Assembly: GCF_006345805.1 (NCBI RefSeq)
Contig: NW_021826141.1
Span: 1-13,564, forward strand
Length of the DNA: 13,564 nucleotides
Reading direction: 5' to 3'
Source: Octopus sinensis
Lineage: Eukaryota
A model generated the notes under the pieces. That model saw nothing but the letters and a program-made list of their open reading frames with translations, was not told where the DNA came from and did no database searches. Shown here in pieces: positions 7,284-13,564 of the stretch (the first letter of the stretch is position 1; every line of letters begins with the position of its first letter). Both the position numbers and the translations under genes were made by a program.

Positions 7284-7380
7284 TACATACATACATGCAT
7301 ACATACGTACATACATACGTACATATATACATACATACATACATACACACACACACTTACACACACACACACACATATAT
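7284..7380. repeat. (TACA)n/(CA)n microsatellite
   Basis: Direct reading. Confidence 0.95.
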
Positions 7381-7986
7381 AATTCTGAAAGAAGAAGGTT
7401 GTTAACTGTGACTTCGAAATTAAGATAAGCCATCGTTGGACGATGAATAATAAATTTGTACTGTACAAAAGTACAGAGTAAGTCATGAGATGAATGTAAA
7501 CCTGTTTTTAATATAATTGAACATAAGAACAAACGTTAATATACAAACATACATACATACATATATACACGTTTGTGTGTGTGTGTGTGTGTGTTTATGT
7601 GTGTGTGTGTGTAGACACGCATTAAATCGTGTTTTGATGACTGCAGTATATATTGATGAGAAAAACATTCCGTTTACGACGTTGTGCGCGAAAAGTAAAG
7701 CCAATCCCCTATACACAGATATTCGTGTGCGCACACACACACAAACAACAAGAGAAACATATACGCATACACAATTACAGTGCATGGACATGCCCACACG
7801 CGCACAAATGCTTGTTTATAAATGTTTATAACATTTGTACAGGCTGCAGCTGTAATTACGTTAATGAAATAAGTGTCAATTTTTAACATGTTCGGCTGTG
7901 AATACTTACAGCTATATATTGTATCAATGGTTTAAAGTTGCTAGTCGTCTGGTTGGTGTTGTTGATAAAAATGCCCAGAATATACC

Positions 7987-8238
7987 TATTTCTTTACTAC
8001 CCACAAGGGGCTAAACACAGAGGGGACAAACAAGGACAGACATAGGTATTAAGTCGATTACATCGACCCCAGTGCGTAACTGGTACTTAATTTATCGACC
8101 CCGAAAGGATGAAAAGCAAAGTCGACCTCGGCGGAATTTGAACACAGATCGTAACGTCAGACGAAATACCGCTAAGCATTTCGCCCGGCGTGCTAACGTT
8201 TCTGCCAGCTCGCCGCCTTTTCTGCCAGCTCGCTCGCC
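7987..8238 (-). mobile_element. SINE-A long-tail variant, full length, flanked by a 14-bp target-site duplication
   Basis: GCCCAGAATATACC occurs at 7973-7986 and 8239-8252. The tRNA-like head has GGCGG/CCGCC acceptor-like pairing, an A-box-like TGGCAGAAACGTTAGC and a B-box-like GTGTTCAAATTCC. Confidence 0.92.
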
Positions 8239-8335
8239 GCCCAGAATATACCACCACGTCTCTAACACACCAGGAGAAGGTCCCCCGCTGCGTTCTTGGT
8301 TGAAATATTATCTTATTCTCCAGTTTTACTATCAC

Positions 8336-8405
8336 CAATAATAGTGATGATGATGATGACTACTACGACGACAACGATGATGATGAAAATGATGATGAAG
8401 ATCAT
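8336..8405. repeat. (GAT)n/(ACG)n trinucleotide tract
   Basis: Direct reading. Confidence 0.9.
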
Positions 8406-8481
8406 TTCTACTGTAGGCACAAGGCCCGAATTTTTTCTTGGTGGGGCAGTCGAATTGATCGATCCCCAATACGCAACTGGT
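8406..8481 (-). mobile_element. SINE-A short-tail 3' fragment
   Basis: TTTCTACTGTAGGCACAAGGCCCGAATTTT...GTCGAATTGATCGATCCCCAATACGCAACTGGT parallels 3984-4062. Confidence 0.75.
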
Positions 8482-8502
8482 CGGTCACGGTGATCACGAT
8501 GA

Positions 8503-8503
8503 T

Positions 8504-8546
<43 letters not shown>

Positions 8547-8803
8547 CGTATATGTGTGTATATGTGTCTGTGTATATGTATATGTGTATATATGTATATA
8601 TATATATATACATACATACATACATGTATATATATATATATATTTGTATATATATATAGTCAAATAGGCAGACGTACATACGCACTATATATATACACAC
8701 GGCCGCGTAGGCAGATATACACAGGGTCACATGCTCATAAGCACACGCACACATACACATTCACGTACACACACACACATACACGCACACACACACACTA
8801 CAC
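8503..8803. repeat. Compound (CA)/(TA)/(TATG) microsatellite region
   Basis: Direct reading. Confidence 0.92.
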
Positions 8804-9199
8804 ATCTTATATAAGCTATTATGAGTTGCTGAGGACATAAAAAATACCAAAATGTATACAAGACCGTATCTGCTCTCTTTGATTTAGTACAATATCGCGC
8901 AAAATGGCTTGGCATAAAAAAAAATAATAAAAGCAAAAAATAAAATAAAAATAAATAAATATAAAAAAAAGAAAAATAAGAAAAAATATCTTACCTTTAT
9001 TTTTCGTTGTATAAAAATTTATAAAATCCAATTAGTGCTATAATAAATATATATTTCCCTCGATTCTGTTTGGTCTGTTAAAAGACAAGATGAAAAACAG
9101 AAATGATGATATGTAGATAACGGCAACAAGAATAATAACAATTATTTACGTTTATTAGTAATTCATACATATCATCTTGTATATATCAACATTAGAGAA

Positions 9200-9379
9200 G
9201 TGGCACCTTGGGCAAGTGTCTTCTACTACAGCCTCGGGCCGACCAAAGCCTTGTGAGTGGATTTGGTAGACGGAAACTGAAAAAAGCCTGTCGTATATAG
9301 CAAAAACTGTCTGATGAACGGCAACGAGAAACTCAGAGTAACAGATTTTGTTGAATTTTCTGCTGCTTTAAATAAAGTG

Positions 9380-9443
<64 letters not shown>

Positions 9444-9640
9444 TGAGTGTGTGTTTGTGTGTTTGTGTTTGTCCACCCAACATCGCTTGACAACCGATGG
9501 TGATGTGTTTACGACCCCGTAACTTAGCGGTTCGGCAAAAGAGGCCGATAAAATAAGTACTAGGTTTACAAAGAATAAGTCCTGGGATCGATTTGTTCGA
9601 CTAAATGCGGTGCTCTAGAAACAAGTAAAAGAGTAAAGAG
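9200..9640 (+). mobile_element. SINE-B, 5'-truncated, carrying a 78-bp foreign insert in its internal microsatellite
   Basis: CORE from 9200 and GTCGTATATA at about 9290-9299, then the insert 9300-9377, (TA)n(TG)n, the 3' half TTTGTCCACCCAACATCGCTTGACAACCGA... and the tail AAGTAAAAGAGTAAAGAG. Confidence 0.88.
9303..9349 (+). ncRNA. Minimal type I hammerhead ribozyme (Penelope/retrozyme-like), possibly degenerate
   Basis: Stem I CTGT (9307-9310) pairs with ACAG (9341-9344) and extends through AAAA/TTTT. Core CTGATGA at 9311-9317. Stem II A-CG-GCAA-CG-A with a GNRA tetraloop and an A.A mismatch at 10.1/11.1. GAAA at 9328-9331. Palindromic stem III ACTC-A-GAGT. Cleavage triplet GTA at 9338-9340. 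Confidence 0.8.
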
Positions 9641-9816
9641 TATTGGTAAATGAAATCCTAAAATATATGGCAAAAAAAATATTTAGGAAGTATTTTAATC
9701 TTAATTGTTCTGGATCAGTGCTGATCAGGGCCCACAGCATTGACAGCAAGTGAAGTCTATTAACTCTTCAAGCTATTTATTAACTATGGCCAGATGAACA
9801 CAGCTGCAACACATTT

Positions 9817-9869
9817 GACCATAAGTCTCCTCCAGGATCAATCCCGACCTGGAGCCACGTAACAACAAC
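9817..9869 (+). mobile_element. Probable 3' end of a third non-LTR family (stem-loop plus (AAC)n tail)
   Basis: A 7-bp hairpin CTCCAGG (9830-9836)/CCTGGAG (9848-9854) followed by AACAACAAC. A related stretch lies at 11790-11818. Confidence 0.35.
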
Positions 9870-10479
9870 GATAAGACTAGCAATGACATTAGACGTACGT
9901 CTACTAGTATCCATTAATCTCTTCGAACTATTTATTAAATACAACCGGAGATAGTCGGAAAATGAAAACGGAATTGCTTAACCGCGAATAGAACCTACAA
10001 TTCTGATTCGATATACGAAAAGATTATACAAATACGTTAAAGGTTCTTTGTCGGTTCTCACCACACTTCTGTTCCTTTCTTCTCCTTTTCTCATCTTTTT
10101 TAAACCTACTCAGAAATCTCATGAAAATATAAACGAAGTGGAATAGGATGTGGTTCCAGCGGTCTGCATGTAATAGCGAAAGTATGGTTGCATTGTTGCA
10201 TTGTTAATTAGATATGACAGGGCTTGAATCCTATGAATGAAACTTCTAATCATCTCCCACACACAGTTTATAACATCACAATCGGATTTCGCTTTCCAAA
10301 TTTAGAAACATTTACGAATCAGCAGTGCTGGGAACAAATCTGTATTTCACTCTCCAGTGGCAACTTTTGTGCAACAGAAGGCAAAAAGCTTGTTTCTGCT
10401 TATGCATCAAATCTTGCAAGTTTGTTCCGGTTTATTTGCATTATAACACCGTTTGTTCGACTACTTACCCTCAGGCTAG

Positions 10480-10572
10480 CAAACAAACCAGTATGTGTGT
10501 GTGTGTAATATATATATATATATAATATATATATATATTATATAATATATATACACACGCCCAAACGAACCA

Positions 10573-10614
<42 letters not shown>

Positions 10615-10793
10615 CACACGCCCACGAACGACCAGTATCTATATATATATATATATATATTTATACACACACATATATATGTGTGTGTGTGTGTGAGTAT
10701 ATGTGTGTGTGTGTGTGAGTATATGTGTGTGTGTGTGTGAGTATATGTGTGTGTGTGTGTGTGAGTATATGTGTGTGTGTGTGTGTGCGTATT
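10480..10793. repeat. Higher-order microsatellite/minisatellite complex
   Basis: Three units anchored by AAC(G)A(A)CCAGTAT and TATACACAC with a variable (TA)n, then five units of about 22 bp built from (GT)7-8 plus GAGTATAT. Confidence 0.9.
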
Positions 10794-10979
10794 CACGTAC
10801 TGTCACAAAGCAATATGCGCACATTTTTACATACGTGCTATACACACCGACTATAAACATCGAGCATACAGATTAGCAGAGTACGAATCATATTTACTGA
10901 TGCATGCAAAGAAATAAATGCATAGATTATATACGGGTAAATTCGCTCTCATGCATACAAATCAAAACGTAAACCCAAT

Positions 10980-10980
<1 letters not shown>

Positions 10981-11013
<33 letters not shown>

Positions 11014-11151
11014 TGTATGCATGTATGCATGTATGTATGTATGCATGTATGTATGTATGTATGTATGTATGTATACATACATACACACATATATATATGT
11101 ACATGTGTGTATATAAATATATATATACATATATTTACATGTACATGTGTG

Positions 11152-11193
<42 letters not shown>

Positions 11194-11260
11194 GTATATA
11201 TGAATACATATATGTATCTATATATGTATATATACACACACTCAGAGGTACACACATACA
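10981..11260. repeat. Compound (TATG)n/(TACA)n/(TA)n region
   Basis: Direct reading. Confidence 0.92.
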
Positions 11261-12061
11261 GACAGATTGTTTTCATATGTATGAGGATGTGCGTGCTCAG
11301 AAGCGTACACATATAAATATGTTGCCAACAACTTGCTTACATATTCCCAAAGTTGTTATGGTAACATTACATGCTTACAAATACGAATGAAGGGGAGAAA
11401 AGGAAAATACTTACTATGTTCACATGTTAGCACGTGAATAATCTCTCTCTCTCTTTCTTTCTCTCTCTCTTTTTCACCCCCCCCCCACACACACAAGCAA
11501 GCATACACACACGCGTTGCACCACACGTGTGGTATGGAAATTGGTGTTAAATGGAGACGAGTAGACCTGTTCTGATATAACAAATGTCAAAAATATCGAT
11601 TTCCCCGCTCTAATACAAAAGCCTGCATGTGGTCGAACTGCTTACAAAAAAAAAAAAAAAAAATAGCAGTCAAATCGCCTCCACATTGCACCCTGATATA
11701 ATTCGATAAGCGAAGTGAGATCGATCCGGATAAGATAATTCAACTGTATTTTGAGACAAGTGGGACGGTCAAGTTTGGAACATCTCCAGTCATAAATCTA
11801 TCCGGGTTTATCTTGGACTAAAAATAGCTGCGTTTTTGTTTATCTTAATCGTTTAATCAGGAGATAAAGCAATACCGATAATCTATGGCACTGTCCTTGA
11901 AGATTGGTGTGAAGGAAGGTGGAATGGTATTATTCTCAGGGCACAGACCTGACCCAAATGTTTGCGTCAGAATAGGTCTGCTAAAGGTGCCCAAGATGGT
12001 GTCATCTTGTGGTATTAACCGGATGAAATATTAAGAATTTTACATCACAATTATATTGTTT

Positions 12062-12168
12062 GGTGTTCACTTCCACTGCGTGGCACCTTGGGCAAGTATG
12101 TTTTTTCATAGCTTCGGTATAGCCAATGCATTGTGATGTATTTGATAGATGGAAACTATCGAAGCCAA
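12062..12168 (+). mobile_element. Degenerate SINE-B core fragment
   Basis: CCACTGCGTGGCACCTTGGGCAAGT...TTTGATAGATGGAAACT matches the SINE-B CORE region. Confidence 0.7.
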
Positions 12169-12176
12169 GGTTTATA

Positions 12177-12544
12177 TTGCTCGGGTTTGTAAGGGAAATA
12201 ACTATAAAGCATTTTTAGAGAGTTATAGCCAAAAAATAGCAAAAAAATGGGAAAAAAATTATGGTAAATTTTCTTTTGAGAGTTAAAAAGGTCGAGTTGC
12301 GTCCCCTAGACAGTCTGTGGTTTGTGTTTCTGATTCTCGACCCATGTCGAATTTATATCGATTTTTTTCAGAACTGGGGGAAACTTTTCAAAATTTTCGC
12401 TGCGTTAGTTTTAATTATGACATTAGGCTATGTGTGTGTCAAGTTTCATCAGAATCGGTTGAAAGCCATGGTCAGGGTGAGGGTACAACCTAACAGACAC
12501 ACAGACACACCAGACGACAAACTGCCGTTTATATAGAGAGAGAT
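12177..12544 (+). mobile_element. Probable non-autonomous Helitron-family element (HINE/Lep1-like)
   Basis: The 3' part AAGTTTCATCAGAATCGGTTG...ACAGACACACAGACAC...CTGCCGTTTATATAGAGAGAGAT follows the recalled layout of Lep1/HINE-type elements (AAxTTTCAT..AATCGGTT motif, ACAG-type microsatellite, end in ...TATA.AGAT). Internal sub-repeats TTTT(A)GAGAGTTA and a TCGAC/GTCGA hairpin (12337-12350) are present. No coding capacity. Confidence 0.5.
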
Positions 12545-12571
12545 GTCTGCCTATCTGTCTATATACCTTTC

Positions 12572-12639
12572 TATGTATGTATGTATGTATGTATGTATGT
12601 ATGTATGTATGTATGTATGTATGTATGTATGTATGTATG
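12572..12639. repeat. Perfect (TATG)17
   Basis: Direct reading. Confidence 0.98.
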
Positions 12640-12882
12640 TCATTATTCAGTTTTACTTCGAGATTTCTTGCTAATAGAGAAAGAGCCAGCTTCTATCTCA
12701 GGTCATTGGTTGTTTCATTAAAAAGCATTATCTATGGTTGTCGTCGATTCATTTGCTAATTCGTTGATTTGTTTCGTACGTTTCATTGGCAAGATCCATT
12801 GTTGTTTCTCGACCAGGATCGACTCAAACACTTAAACAACAGCAAATAGCGACAAGTAAAAACCATAACCTCCAGCCCCGCT

Positions 12883-12930
12883 CTCTCACCACTACTACTA
12901 CTCTCACCACTACTACTCTCACCACTATTA
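12883..12930. repeat. 3 x 15-18 bp tandem repeat CTCTCACCACTACTA
   Basis: Units start at 12883, 12901 and 12916. Confidence 0.9.
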
Positions 12931-13039
12931 CGGCTTTCTCTAGCAACATAAACAATATCATAACTGTTACCCACTGAGAAAAAACAAAAACCAAAAGAAA
13001 AACCACACGAAAACTACCAATGCCATGATCGCTTAGAAC

Positions 13040-13444
13040 TATCATCACCACCACCACCACCATCACCTCCTCCACCACCACCATCACCTCCTCCACCACC
13101 ACCACCACTACCACCTCCTCCACCACTACCACCTCTTCCATCACTACTATCTCCTCCTCCTCCTTCTCCCCCTCCACCACCACCACCACCACTGTCATCA
13201 TCGAAGTCAAATGATATCATCCTCATTATCATCATCATCATCATCATTGCCATCACCACCACCACCACCGTCATTGTCGTCGTCGTAGTGGTTAACCTCC
13301 TCCTCCTCCTCCTCATCACCACCACCACCACCATCATCTACATCGACCACAGAAACATCGCAACAACCACTAATACCATTGTCTTAATCCACCACCGCCA
13401 CCACCACCACCACCACCATATTGTCATCGCACAAGCACCATCAC

Positions 13445-13481
<37 letters not shown>

Positions 13482-13564
13482 CAACGACGGTGATGATGCC
13501 GATCATCATCATGATGTTATCACCAGCAGCACCACCATCATTGTCGCTGTCATTGCCATCATCA
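13040..13564. repeat. Mosaic trinucleotide low-complexity tract (CAC/CAT/CTC/GTC/GAT)n
   Basis: Direct reading; continues to the window edge. Confidence 0.95.

Noticed and set aside
8165-8241. tRNA gene in SINE-A heads (also SINE-B heads)
   Set aside because: A/B boxes and partial cloverleaf pairing are present, but the anticodon arm is degenerate and the sequence continues into SINE body. These are tRNA-derived SINE heads.
7904-8310. After removing the SINE and one TSD, the minus strand reads 44 open codons (YFNQERSGGPSPGVLETWWYILGIFINNTNQTTSNFKPLIQYIA) ending at a GTAAGT donor (7909-7904)
   Set aside because: An open frame of this length is expected by chance, there is no convincing acceptor and I recognise no homology. 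It could be revisited with tBLASTn or spliced reads.
1481-8481. Strand bias of SINE-A (7 minus, 1 plus) as a sign of a host transcription unit
   Set aside because: Four copies belong to one nested cluster and are not independent, and SINE-B shows no bias (4 and 4).
9100-9282. C/D box snoRNA (ATGATGA at about 9103)
   Set aside because: The nearest CTGA is about 170 nt away inside a SINE, and there is no terminal stem.
10060-10146. Polypyrimidine tract plus CAG (10111-10113) followed by KSHENINEVE and a stop
   Set aside because: A splice-like signal alone, with only 10 codons and no homology or partner donor, is insufficient.
12440-12455. CTGATGA on the minus strand as another hammerhead core
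   Set aside because: No stem II, GAAA and stem III arrangement follows; the motif is part of the AAGTTTCATCAGAATCGG repeat signature.
12261-12536. 91-aa hydrophobic ORF
   Set aside because: It lies wholly inside the putative non-autonomous Helitron-like repeat and shows no domain features.

Overview
AT-rich, repeat-saturated eukaryotic DNA with no supportable intact protein-coding gene. The host is most likely an octopus or related cephalopod; this is an inference from the SINE architecture and the extreme microsatellite load. The window holds pieces of two different mariner (DD34D) transposons, about 8 copies of one tRNA-derived SINE family (called SINE-A here) and about 8 copies of a tRNA/CORE-type SINE (called SINE-B here). 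It also holds a putative non-LTR retrotransposon 3' end embedded in (AAT)n, a probable non-autonomous Helitron-family element, and many simple repeats. Almost all supplied ORFs are translations of microsatellites. The best discovery candidate is a minimal type I hammerhead ribozyme at 9303-9349 with Penelope-like architecture. It lies in a 78-bp module inserted into the internal (TA)n of a SINE-B copy. Other leads are a fold-back rearranged mariner, a SINE-A variant that seems to insert at GGTAT sites including its own family's body, an (AAT)n insertion cluster, and an unexplained 67% GC structured insert. Family names come from recalled knowledge; no database search was run.
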